From Smithellaceae bacterium (GTDB lineage Bacteria; Desulfobacterota; Syntrophia; Syntrophales; Smithellaceae): a stretch of 64,000 bases of DNA. The stretch lies in contig CAXXVL010000001.1 of assembly GCA_963667845.2 (NCBI GenBank), positions 160,001-224,000 on the forward strand. The letters run 5' to 3'. The notes beneath the pieces are model-generated. The model ran no database searches and was not told where the DNA came from. It saw only the letters and a list, made by a program, of their open reading frames with translations. The translations under genes were made by a program, and so were the position numbers. Position 1 is the first letter of the stretch. Each line of letters starts with the position of its first letter. This document shows, one piece after another, positions 19,029-28,931 of the stretch.

Positions 19029-20831
19029 TCATGATTGTGTATACAGTGCGTTCGTCATCTGCAGCAAAGACCTGTCATTCTTCCGGATTGCTAAAATTTT
19101 TCCGTAGACCATGGGTAAAAGCGAACTGATATAGAATTTTGCCGTCAGGATTTTTGCCGCATAAAACGTTTCGTCGCCATTGCCGTTCTCAGCTTTCCCA
19201 GAGGCAAGGGCTGCCTGCCAGATCAGCATCCACCCCATCACGACGTCGCCCACAATTTCCAGATAAGGCGACGCCCAGGAATAGGCGAGAAATGAATCAT
19301 CTGCTTCCGTTGCGGCGAGGAGCTCCGTTGTCAGGCATTCCAGGGCCGTAATGCTTTTTTCGAGCTCGGCGGCATAGTGAGACAAATCAGCAAACCGCTT
19401 CGCTTCTTCGACTGCCGCCTTCATGTTATCGAGCAGAGCGGCAAGAGCCGCGCCTTTGCTCATTCTGATTTTGCGGCCAAAAAGGTCCAGAGCCTGAATG
19501 GCGTTTGTTCCTTCATAAATGGACGTAATCTTACTGTCCCGGGCGCATTGCTCAACCTTGTATTCATGGCAATAACCATAACCGCCATGGACCTGGATGG
19601 CTTTCACACAGGTTTCAAAACCCTTGTCCGAACAGTAGGCCTTGCAGATGGGCGTCAGGATCTCCACCAGATTATGCCACCTGAGTTTTTCCTCCTTGTT
19701 TAGCGTCGCGGTCTCCCAGTCCATGCAATGCATGGTATACAGAATAAGGGCCCGCATGCCTTCCGTATAGGCCTTCATCCACAGCAGACTTCTTTTGACG
19801 TCGGGGTGGGCGATAATGGCGGTCTGCTCGGTGCCTGCCGCGCTGAAAGCCATTCCCTGCTTTCTTTCCGCTGCAAAGTGGAGGGCGTGAAGATAAGCTG
19901 TTCCGGCTTGCGCCATCCCCTGCATGCCGACGAGAATTCGCTGTTCATTCATCATGTGAAACATGACCTGGATGCCTTTTCGTTCAGGTCCCAGAAGTTC
20001 TGCAAGGCAATTGCCGTTGTCACCGAAGTTCAAAACCGCCGTGGCGGAACCTTTCATGCCCATCTTGTGCTCGATTCCCGAACAGTGGATATCGTTGAAT
20101 TCTCCCGCTGTGCCGTCCGCAGCTATTCTGATCTTGGGCAAAACGAAGCAGGAAAGGCCTCTGGTTCCTTCGGGGTCCCCCTCAATCCGGGCGAGCAGAA
20201 TATGAATGATGTTTTCCGTCAGATTTTGTTCCCCCCCGGTAATGAAAATCTTTCCACCTGTAATAGAATAGGTTCCGTCAGGATTCCTGACTGCCTTTGT
20301 TCTCACGGCGCCCACATCGGACCCGGCCTGCGCCTCCGTAAGATCCATAACGCCGGCATATCGGCCGGCATAAAGAGGGATCATGTATTTTCTTTTTTGT
20401 TCGTCCGTGCCGTAGAGTTCGATGACTTTGGCTGCACTGTGGGTCAGCCCCGTATATCCGGTCAGAGAATGGTTGGCGGCAAAGAACATCGTGCTGCAGG
20501 CATAGTGGATAGAAAGAGGGACATGCTGTCCGCCGACATGATAGCTCTCCGGCAGACTCATCCATCCGCCTTCACAAAATCTTCGAAAAGGTGCCCGATA
20601 CGGCTCGGGAACCGTGACATGGTTGTCTTTCCACTGGCAGCCGATCTTGTCGCCGATACTGTTGGCCGGTGCAAAATCGTTTACGGCCAGCTTCTCCGCG
20701 GCCGATATGATCATTTCAAAAGTCTCTCTGGAGTGATCCTGAAATTGGTTCGCCTCGCATAATTCCTCGACGTTTAATTGTTCATATAGAACAAAGCGGG
20801 TATCCCGCATGTCCATTAATTTATTTCCCAT
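19029..20831 (-). CDS. Acyl-CoA dehydrogenase (long, ~600-aa type)
   Basis: LTEAQAGSD, KIFITGG, EHKMGMKGSAT, QVHGGYGY and IYEGTNAIQ motifs. Confidence 0.95.
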   Translation of the reverse strand: MGNKLMDMRDTRFVLYEQLNVEELCEANQFQDHSRETFEMIISAAEKLAVNDFAPANSIGDKIGCQWKDNHVTVPEPYRAPFRRFCEGGWMSLPESYHVGGQHVPLSIHYACSTMFFAANHSLTGYTGLTHSAAKVIELYGTDEQKRKYMIPLYAGRYAGVMDLTEAQAGSDVGAVRTKAVRNPDGTYSITGGKIFITGGEQNLTENIIHILLARIEGDPEGTRGLSCFVLPKIRIAADGTAGEFNDIHCSGIEHKMGMKGSATAVLNFGDNGNCLAELLGPERKGIQVMFHMMNEQRILVGMQGMAQAGTAYLHALHFAAERKQGMAFSAAGTEQTAIIAHPDVKRSLLWMKAYTEGMRALILYTMHCMDWETATLNKEEKLRWHNLVEILTPICKAYCSDKGFETCVKAIQVHGGYGYCHEYKVEQCARDSKITSIYEGTNAIQALDLFGRKIRMSKGAALAALLDNMKAAVEEAKRFADLSHYAAELEKSITALECLTTELLAATEADDSFLAYSWASPYLEIVGDVVMGWMLIWQAALASGKAENGNGDETFYAAKILTAKFYISSLLPMVYGKILAIRKNDRSLLQMTNALYTQS

Positions 20832-20901
20832 TTGTAAAATCCTTTTTCCTGATGGCCTGCATGTTCGGGCCTTTACCGTTTTAGATTGGATGTCCGTATT
20901 T

Positions 20902-22113
20902 CTAATCAACCCTGATGACGGCCGCATCACCCTGGGCCAGGCCTCCGCAGATGCCGCAGGCGCCGATGCCGCCGCCGCGCCTTTTCAGTTCATACATCAT
21001 GGTGAGCAATATCCGTGCGCCGCTGGCGCCAACGGGATGTCCCATGGCAATGGCGCCGCCGTTGGGATTTGTTTTGTCCATGATTTTCGTCCAGTGATCT
21101 TTATTACCGTTGGCCATGATCTTCGTCGACACCAGAGGCATAGCGGCAAATGCCTCGTTGATTTCAAAAACATCGACACTGTCCATGGCAAGACCCGCCC
21201 GTGACAAGGCAAATGCGATGGCGTAACCAGGCACTTCCGCCATTCGCCTGGGTTCTTTAGCCATGCTGGCCATAGACAGAATGGTGGCCAGGGGTTTAAT
21301 GCCCAGGGATTCAGCCCGGGATCTTTTCATGATGATCACGGCCGAAGCCCCTGCATCAAGTCCCGGTGCGTTTCCGGCCGTAACAGTCGGGCTTCCGTAT
21401 ACGGGTTTCAGTTTTGCCAGGCCTTCGATGGTGGAATCGGCCCTGGGAAAATCGTCCTCGGCAAATATTTTTGCCGGCCCTTTTTTCTGCGGTATTTCCA
21501 CGGGCACGACCTCATCGGCAAACTTGCCGGCTTTCTTCGCGGCTTGATATTTCTGCTGAGAACTCAATGCCCACTGATCCTGCATTTCCCGTGTTATGCC
21601 ATGCTCCAGGGCCACTTCACCGGCATCTTTAGCCAGGATGCCAAAACCATTGTATTGAATCGGATTAAGGTGGTCGACCATGGTTAGGGGCGCTAGACCG
21701 CGTCCCCAGCGGTGACCGTTTAAGACAAACGGCGTATTGCTCATGTTTTCAGCCCCAACTGCCATGCAGACATCAGCCTCACCGAGGCGGATCGACTTGT
21801 GCCCCAACTGGACACAAACCAGTGATGAACAGCAGGCTCTGTCAACCGTTAGAGACGGAAGATCGTCCGGCAAACCGGCTTTCAGCAGGGCCTGGCGCCC
21901 GATCACATTATAATTCAAAGCCGCCTCGGACTGGATGCACATCCCGTAGTACAATTCGTCCAGATCGTCGCCCTTCAGTCCGGCACGCGCCAGACAAGCC
22001 TTGATGGCAATAATACCGAGGTCCATGCTGTGCATATCGCGCAGCACCGAGCCAAACTTGGAAAACGGCGTTCTTACGCCGCTGATAATCACGACATCAT
22101 CTTTTTTATCCAT
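20902..22113 (-). CDS. Thiolase (acetyl-CoA C-acyltransferase)
   Basis: RACCSS nucleophile, NEAFA, GHPVGASG and ICGGLAQG motifs; RBS AAGGAG. Confidence 0.95.
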   Translation of the reverse strand: MDKKDDVVIISGVRTPFSKFGSVLRDMHSMDLGIIAIKACLARAGLKGDDLDELYYGMCIQSEAALNYNVIGRQALLKAGLPDDLPSLTVDRACCSSLVCVQLGHKSIRLGEADVCMAVGAENMSNTPFVLNGHRWGRGLAPLTMVDHLNPIQYNGFGILAKDAGEVALEHGITREMQDQWALSSQQKYQAAKKAGKFADEVVPVEIPQKKGPAKIFAEDDFPRADSTIEGLAKLKPVYGSPTVTAGNAPGLDAGASAVIIMKRSRAESLGIKPLATILSMASMAKEPRRMAEVPGYAIAFALSRAGLAMDSVDVFEINEAFAAMPLVSTKIMANGNKDHWTKIMDKTNPNGGAIAMGHPVGASGARILLTMMYELKRRGGGIGACGICGGLAQGDAAVIRVD

Positions 22114-22205
22114 GTGTATATTAAACTCCTTATTGATAATGGTTATGCTTCCCTGGCCCTTGCTGTGATTGCCTCTCCGGGGACTGTCTTCGCCCAAACC
22201 CGGTA

Positions 22206-22973
22206 TCACCAGATCGTGTATCCGCCATCGATAACCAGGGTTGCCCCGGTCATGTAATCGGACGCCTCCGAAGCCAGAAAAATGGCAGCCCCCACAATCT
22301 CCTCGGGTTTGCCCAGGCGCTTGAAGGGAATTTTAAAGTTCAAAAATTTCCGATGGGATTTATTCTGCTGCTGATATTGGGTCATTTCCGTTTCGAAAAA
22401 ACCGGGGGCGATGCAGTTGACGTTGATTCCGGATGATCCCCATTCCAGAGCCAGCGCTCTCGTCATATGGGCGATGCCCGCCTTGGAAACACAGTAAGGC
22501 ATGGCAATACTGGCGGCCATTGTGCCCAGAATAGAGCCTATGTTAATGATTTTGCCTTTTTTCTGCTTCAGCATGATTCTGCCTACCCCCCGGGAAAGCA
22601 AAAACGCCGATTTCAGATTGGTGTTCATGACATTTTCCCAATCCTCAATGGTCGTATCAACGGCTTTTTTCATAGGTGCGATCCCTGCATTATTAATGAG
22701 AACATCCACCCGTCCATAGTAGTCCTTCGTAAGAGCGACCAGCCGCTCGATACTTTGAGGATTAGTGACATCCACCGGCACAGCAATAGCTTCACCGCCT
22801 TTTTTGATGATTTCATCTGTGGTGAGTTCAATCAGATCGAGTGATCTACTCGCCACAACAAGCCTGGCGCCGGCCTGGGCCAAACCCAAAGCCATCTCCC
22901 GGCCCAGCCCTTTGCTCCCGCCCGTTACAATGGCTACTTTGCCCTCAACCCTGAATTTTTCCATGCAGTCCAT
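22206..22973 (-). CDS. Short-chain dehydrogenase/reductase (SDR)
   Basis: TGGSKGLG, NNAG, YCVSK and DGG motifs. Confidence 0.95.
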   Translation of the reverse strand: MDCMEKFRVEGKVAIVTGGSKGLGREMALGLAQAGARLVVASRSLDLIELTTDEIIKKGGEAIAVPVDVTNPQSIERLVALTKDYYGRVDVLINNAGIAPMKKAVDTTIEDWENVMNTNLKSAFLLSRGVGRIMLKQKKGKIINIGSILGTMAASIAMPYCVSKAGIAHMTRALALEWGSSGINVNCIAPGFFETEMTQYQQQNKSHRKFLNFKIPFKRLGKPEEIVGAAIFLASEASDYMTGATLVIDGGYTIW

Positions 22974-23036
22974 AAAATGTGAGATAATTTCCCTTCCCTG
23001 TCGCGGACAAACGTCACGCGGATTCACTGATGAATT

Positions 23037-23052
23037 TGCATGCCTTGTGCCA
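23037..23052 (-). promoter_or_regulatory. Sigma54 -24/-12 promoter of the SDR-to-CoA-transferase operon
   Basis: Minus strand TGGCACAAGGCATGCA, GG-N10-GC, about 65 bp upstream of the SDR start. Confidence 0.85.
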
Positions 23053-23146
23053 TTTATGCGTCAGGCCCAAAACATTCTTATGTTATTGTTATTATTATTA
23101 ATTAAAAAACTTATTGCTTGTTGGTTGATTCTATGGTTAAAAATCC

Positions 23147-23184
23147 ATCCCATTATGAAACAACAGCGTGTTTCATAATGGGAT
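23147..23184. promoter_or_regulatory. Paired enhancer (UAS) boxes forming a perfect 16-bp inverted repeat
   Basis: ATCCCATTATGAAACA-N6-TGTTTCATAATGGGAT between the sigma54 promoter and the activator gene. Confidence 0.8.
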
Positions 23185-23240
23185 CTATAATGGCATTATG
23201 TGTCAATATGGAATAGTGATTCTCAGATCAGGAGAAAAGC

Positions 23241-25265
23241 ATGGAAAAGCCAGAAAAATCGCCGAAGAAAAGTCATTTGCCGGCCGCGGATCAGAGGATC
23301 ATCAATTATGATGAAGAACATCAGCGCACCCGGAAAGAGTGGGAAAAATTCATCAGCGGTGGAACTAAACTGGACGAGGCTGTTATCCCGAATGACATTC
23401 TGGAGTCCTGGAATCGCTGTAAAAATTATGGCGTCAATCCGAAAAAAGCTATCATCAACAACGTCCTGACCGGAAACCGCTTGAAGGAGCTACAACACAG
23501 AAACAAAGAATTAATCAAAATCAGTTGGCCATTTATGCGGCATCTCTATAAATTTGTGGAAGGCTCGGGGATTATCGTTGTCCTGTTCAACCACGAAGGC
23601 TATCTGCTGGAAATCATCGGCGACGAGCATGTCATTAAGCATGCCAAGACCGGTAATTTCGTGCCGGGTGCCTACTGGGGCGAAGAGTCAGCCGGAACAA
23701 ACGGCGTCGGAACCCTGTTAAAGGTACAAAGGCCCATTCAGATTTTTGGCTGCCAGCATTATTGCCGAAATTTTCATCAGGAGACGGGTTCCAGTGCGCC
23801 GATTTTCAATCCGGAAGGCGAATTCATCGGAGGGCTTGTCATGACGGGCCTCTATTATAAAGTCAACCCTCACACACTGGGGATGACGGTTGCGGCGGTC
23901 ATGGCTATCGAGAACGAGCTCCGGATCAACAAGGCTCTGATCGAGGCTCATGTCGCAAACAGCTATCAGAAGACCGTTATCTCATCCATTCCGGAAGCAC
24001 TGATCGCGATAGATAATGACGGTCTCATCTCTCTCATGAATGATAATGCCAAAAATTTGTTTTTTTCGCAGAACAGATGGGTGGAGCATAAAAATATTCA
24101 CGAGGCTTTCGGTGATAAAAACGGTGAATTCTTTCGGATGATCGAAAAGAATCAATCCATGATTGATGTTGAAGTGCGGATCTTCTCTGATAATGTGGCA
24201 AAAGACTATACGCTGACGAGCAATCCCATTTTATCCAACAACGGGGAACTGATGGGCAAGATTATCATCCTCAATGAAATCAAACGCGCGAAGATGCTGG
24301 TGACCAAAATGATCGGCGCAAAGGCAAATTTGCGATTCGAAGATATCTGCGGAATGAATCAGGGATTTCTGGAAACCATCCGTCAGGCCCGGATGGTTTC
24401 GCAAAGCAATTCCAACGTTCTCCTTTTAGGTGAAAGCGGTACGGGCAAAGATATTTTTGCACAGGCGATTCATAATGCCAGCAAACGCAGAAACGGTCCT
24501 TACGTCGCCATCAACTGCGGCGCCATACCAAGAGATCTGATTTCCAGTGAGCTGTTTGGCTATACGGAGGGCTCGTTTACCGGGTCGAAGCGCGGCGGCA
24601 ATCAGGGGAAGTTTGAACTGGCGGACGGGGGAACGATATTTCTCGATGAAATTGCGGAAACCCCTCTGGAATTGCAGGCTGCCCTTTTAAGGGTCATTGA
24701 GGACAAATCCATTGTTCGTATTGGCGGATCCAGTGTTCGGCCCGTGGATGTGCGCATCATTGTGGCGACAAACAGGAATCTCAAGGAGGAGGTGCGGAAG
24801 GGAAATTTCCGCGAAGATTTGTATTATCGCGCCAATGTCTTTTCCATCAATATGGTACCCCTGCGGGAACGTCTGGACGATATCCCGCTGCTTATCGATT
24901 ATTTTATCAATAAACACAGTAAAATAATGGAAAAAGGAATTGACCGGGTTGACGAAAAAGTCACGAATATTTTCATGAATTACCCATGGCCGGGCAATGT
25001 CCGGGAACTTCAAAATGTCATCGAGCGTATGATGAACTATTCTCAAACCAATGAACTGACGGCCGATCTTATTCCGGAAGAAATCTTTCATTTCCAGAAA
25101 CAGACACCGCTGATCAGTGAAGAGTTTGAAGCGACAAAAGACATTGAACGCCAGATGATTGTCAAGATGCTGCATCTGAAGATGTCCAAAAGCGAAATCA
25201 TCAAGAAATTAAAAATCTCCCGCAGCACTCTTTATCGCAAAATGGAACGCTATAACCTGGAATAG
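23241..25265 (+). CDS. Sigma54-dependent activator, GAF-PAS-AAA+-HTH (AcoR-like)
   Basis: ESWNRC..G and GTNGVGT (GAF), GESGTGK, ELFGYTEGSFTGS, FLDEI, FREDLYYR, WPGNVREL and ISRSTLYRK motifs. Confidence 0.96.
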   Translation: MEKPEKSPKKSHLPAADQRIINYDEEHQRTRKEWEKFISGGTKLDEAVIPNDILESWNRCKNYGVNPKKAIINNVLTGNRLKELQHRNKELIKISWPFMRHLYKFVEGSGIIVVLFNHEGYLLEIIGDEHVIKHAKTGNFVPGAYWGEESAGTNGVGTLLKVQRPIQIFGCQHYCRNFHQETGSSAPIFNPEGEFIGGLVMTGLYYKVNPHTLGMTVAAVMAIENELRINKALIEAHVANSYQKTVISSIPEALIAIDNDGLISLMNDNAKNLFFSQNRWVEHKNIHEAFGDKNGEFFRMIEKNQSMIDVEVRIFSDNVAKDYTLTSNPILSNNGELMGKIIILNEIKRAKMLVTKMIGAKANLRFEDICGMNQGFLETIRQARMVSQSNSNVLLLGESGTGKDIFAQAIHNASKRRNGPYVAINCGAIPRDLISSELFGYTEGSFTGSKRGGNQGKFELADGGTIFLDEIAETPLELQAALLRVIEDKSIVRIGGSSVRPVDVRIIVATNRNLKEEVRKGNFREDLYYRANVFSINMVPLRERLDDIPLLIDYFINKHSKIMEKGIDRVDEKVTNIFMNYPWPGNVRELQNVIERMMNYSQTNELTADLIPEEIFHFQKQTPLISEEFEATKDIERQMIVKMLHLKMSKSEIIKKLKISRSTLYRKMERYNLE

Positions 25266-25643
25266 TCTTTTACAGGATGCGTAGTGATGGGATCATGTTA
25301 ATGTGGTCTTCTATCCTTGGGGGGAACTCATGGCATCCTACCAAAGGATCATGGAATCGAAAAACATTGACAAATCAATCAAGCTCACTCTTACCAGATT
25401 TCTGAAAGAAACGGCGAATGCACAGTCAGCCTTCCCTGTCTGCGCAACAAGGAAAGCAGCGGGACGAATTAGACCGCGCGCCATTCACGTTGACATCATT
25501 GAGAAGAGATGCATAAAGAACGTCAAGCCTGTCTGGCTTATGCGGACAGGAGTCCGCGACGTGCGATGCTAAAATCAAATGACCGTTTGCGGCACGAAGA
25601 AAATTGAATAATTGTACCTTCCCCCTTATTTCCAAAGGAGAGC

Positions 25644-26210
25644 ATGATGGATCAGAAAGTACGCGATACGGCAGAAAGGCTTTTTCGTTCGGAATTTGAA
25701 AAGCTTACCGAATCGGAAAAGCATGTTATTCATCATATAACTGAAAGAACCCCTATTTCGACAAATGTAGCTCAAGACCTTGCCGGACAAATGACTTTAG
25801 GCCAGAAGATGGCCGACGGGGTTGCTTCTTTTGGCGGGTCCTGGATTTTTATTTCAATATTTATGTGCGTGATGGTTATCTGGGTTCTTCTGAATTCGGT
25901 CATTCTGATCAGGCTTGGCGGATCATTTGATCCCTATCCCTATATTTTCCTCAATCTCGTTCTATCCATGCTTGCTGCAGTTCAGGCGCCCATTATTCTG
26001 ATGTCCCAAAATCGACAAGCCTATAAGGACCGCCGCAGTGCGGAACACGACTATGAAGTCAATTTAAAAGCCGAACTGGAAATAATCGGACTTCATGAAA
26101 AAATTGATACACTTCGGGAAGATCAATGGAAGGAACTGATATCGATGCAGCAGAAGCAGCTGAGTCTCTTAAGCGAGTTGGTTGTCGACCTGAAGAAGAA
26201 ATCAACATAA
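25644..26210 (+). CDS. DUF1003-type membrane protein
   Basis: GQKMAD.VASFGGSW, FDPYPYIFLNLVLS.LAAVQAPIILMSQNRQ and DYEVNLKAELEI motifs. Confidence 0.9.
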   Translation: MMDQKVRDTAERLFRSEFEKLTESEKHVIHHITERTPISTNVAQDLAGQMTLGQKMADGVASFGGSWIFISIFMCVMVIWVLLNSVILIRLGGSFDPYPYIFLNLVLSMLAAVQAPIILMSQNRQAYKDRRSAEHDYEVNLKAELEIIGLHEKIDTLREDQWKELISMQQKQLSLLSELVVDLKKKST

Positions 26211-26317
26211 TACGGATTAAAGAGCTTCCGCGGAATCGTCATTCCTGCGAACAGCGCGAATAATGTCTTTATCAATAAATAGAACCGTCGCCTTTATTTG
26301 TACAAAGGAGAGCCAGA

Positions 26318-28219
26318 ATGAAAATATCCAGGGATTTGCAAACATTTGTTATTTTACTGCTCGCCTGCAGTGCGTTTATGCCGGTTTATGCACAAGCCGG
26401 ACAGGATGCCAGGCCCGCGCTTTATCAGGCCATCGATAAAAATGATGTTGCCGGGGCCAAAGCTCTGATCGCCGGCGGCGTGGATGTAAATGCCGTATAT
26501 GACCGGGATACAATGCTTTTATGGGCGATAAGAAAAGACAGATCCGAAATAACTAAACTGATCATTCAATCTCCGAAGATAAAGCTGGAAAGCAGAGGCG
26601 TGTCGTATGACGACTTCGGTGAATGGGGACGCACGGCATTAATTCTTGCAGCTCACATGGGACAAACGGAAATTGTCGGCCTTCTTCTCAAAAAAGGCGC
26701 GGATGTAAATGCACGTGACAATACGGATGATTCGCCTCAGTCCAGGGGTAATACGGCGCTTTTTAAGGCTGTCCAGAGAAATCATGTTGAAGTAGCCAGG
26801 TTAATTCTTTCTCACCCGAAAAAAGTTGATATCAACGGAAGGTTTACCTATGGAGCAACTGTTCTAATGGTCGCGATAGATAATGGCAGCTTAGATATGG
26901 TTAAGCTTCTTGTCAGTAATGGTGCAAAAATAAATATACCCGGTCATAATGGAATGTCCATGCTTGATGGAACAATACGCAATAAAAATTTTGATATTCT
27001 TGAATATCTGATAGCGCAGGGAGCTGATATTAATTATATCAATGCCGGATATACTCATCTGCATGCTATCATTGATTCTACAAAAGACAATAAACCTGTG
27101 ACAGGTCACCTTAAAAAGTTCCTATCCTACAAGCCGAATCTTAATCTTGAGTCTATGAAGAATGGAGGAGAAGGTTTTTCTGCCTTACATAAGGCAACAA
27201 GTAACGGATTTGTTGATTATGTTGAAATCCTGTTGGACAGCGGTGCGAATATAAATATTAAAAGTCTCGCAACGGGCGGTACGCCTCTGCACACGGCGGC
27301 AAGCTGGAAATATATTGGTGTTACAAGATATCTGATAAAACGCGGGGCTGATCTGGAAATTTTAGATAACAAAGGATTTACTCCGCTATCATTGGCGGCA
27401 TTGGGGAACAGGCTGCAAAATGTTCAGGCGCTTGTAGAAGCCGGCGCAAAGGTTAATATTCGGACTACCACAGGCAACATGACTCCACTCATCGCATCCG
27501 CTAGCAATATTGACCCTTTGAAACATTCGGATAGCCTGGATGTGATGAAATACCTATTAGACCGAAACGCTGATGTTAATTTTCAGGCATCAGATGGGAA
27601 AACGGCATTGATTGCGGCTGCGGCCTGTTCCGACAGTGGACAGCCTCAAGAGAAAGTTAAGCTGCTCCTTGGCAGAGGTGCGAAAACTGATCTTGCGAAT
27701 AATAGCGGCGAAACCGCATTGATGTTTGCGGCGGGAAGAGGAAATGATCGGACCGTAAAACTTCTTGTTGAAAAGGGGGCTGATGTAAACCTGAAAAACA
27801 ACGCGGGTGAATCAGCAATGCCCTATGCGCAGCGTTCAGGTAATAAAGATGTAATGGCTTATCTTGAATCAAAGGGGGCAAAAAATGAGGCTCCTGCTGT
27901 GATGAAAAGCATCATCGTCAAAGACCTGGTTGGCACATGGCAGGGCTTTCAAGACGGGTTGCCGCAGGCCATATTCAAGCTTACCCTGAACAAAGACAAT
28001 ACGTTTGATTTTGTTTCCCGATTGACGCCGGAAGTCCTGAAGACGCTCCCCAAAGGCTCCATGAATCCCGTCATTGCCGCCCAGAAAGGGACTTATACCT
28101 TTAACCGTGACATCCTGATCCTGAATCTGACCGGTGCGGCACCCGTTTCCAGGAAGTGGAAACTGGAGAATAAGGTATTAATACTGGACAATATAATCAG
28201 ACTGAAAAAAATCAAATAA
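26318..28219 (+). CDS. Exported ankyrin-repeat protein with C-terminal beta-rich domain
   Basis: Sec signal peptide; more than ten G.T(A/P)L..A...G....V..LL..GA.VN repeats. Confidence 0.93.
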   Translation: MKISRDLQTFVILLLACSAFMPVYAQAGQDARPALYQAIDKNDVAGAKALIAGGVDVNAVYDRDTMLLWAIRKDRSEITKLIIQSPKIKLESRGVSYDDFGEWGRTALILAAHMGQTEIVGLLLKKGADVNARDNTDDSPQSRGNTALFKAVQRNHVEVARLILSHPKKVDINGRFTYGATVLMVAIDNGSLDMVKLLVSNGAKINIPGHNGMSMLDGTIRNKNFDILEYLIAQGADINYINAGYTHLHAIIDSTKDNKPVTGHLKKFLSYKPNLNLESMKNGGEGFSALHKATSNGFVDYVEILLDSGANINIKSLATGGTPLHTAASWKYIGVTRYLIKRGADLEILDNKGFTPLSLAALGNRLQNVQALVEAGAKVNIRTTTGNMTPLIASASNIDPLKHSDSLDVMKYLLDRNADVNFQASDGKTALIAAAACSDSGQPQEKVKLLLGRGAKTDLANNSGETALMFAAGRGNDRTVKLLVEKGADVNLKNNAGESAMPYAQRSGNKDVMAYLESKGAKNEAPAVMKSIIVKDLVGTWQGFQDGLPQAIFKLTLNKDNTFDFVSRLTPEVLKTLPKGSMNPVIAAQKGTYTFNRDILILNLTGAAPVSRKWKLENKVLILDNIIRLKKIK

Positions 28220-28256
28220 AAAACCTGATGTCTGAGGCGGACTTTTCTAGGTGGTG

Positions 28257-28435
28257 GCAGTTGCAGCGGGGCGTGCCTTTTGCTCAATGCCCTCAACTGT
28301 GGCGCTAAGCTCATGGCGCGCGAGCCTTAAACTTGCCCTTCGGGCTCAAACGGTTTGGCTATCTTATGCTCCATTACGCTAAGCGCCACAACGTTTCAGA
28401 CATGATTCGCAAAAGCCACGCCCCACTGCAACTGC
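28257..28435. repeat. Long nested-hairpin repeat family A, copy 2
   Basis: Colinear homology with 4480-4657; outer stem 28257-28275/28417-28435. Confidence 0.9.
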
Positions 28436-28931
28436 GGCTTATCGTTGCAGTCAGATGTCGGGATTAAAGATTCGATCCCGATTCGCGTTCCCATCCACTA
28501 TCCACCATCCAACCATAAACTATTTTTATTCTTGAAATCTTTTCAATTAGTTGTATATTGTGCCCCTAATTTCAAAAGCGCATCACCCACAATTTGTCGG
28601 TTGCATTATCCTCAAAGCGAAAACGCGGGGGGATTATGACGCATCTCAAACAAACATCACTAAATAATTATTATATATTCGTTGGAGCGGAGAACTGATA
28701 CTTCAAGAACCCTTTATTCTCTGATACAAGACGCAGGTTCCTATTGTGAAAGCTGGCAGCGTGTCCTGAGGCGGAAGAAGATGCGTCATTAAAAACACGA
28801 GCTGGCCAAAGTTAAGGAAGAGGCGGACTGGCGGCGGAAATTATTCCCGGATTAAAAGAAAACGAAAGGATGCTTGCCTATCCCGACGACGCCATCACCA
28901 AAGGCACGAACAGCACACTAAGGAAATAAGG

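Noticed and set aside
25303..25572. 89-aa ORF after the activator
   Set aside because: No motifs or convincing composition; likely spurious or a remnant.
28636..28925. Possible small gene upstream of the peptidase
   Set aside because: Only short stop-interrupted frames (e.g. KHELAKVKEEADWRRKLFPD) with no assignable family.
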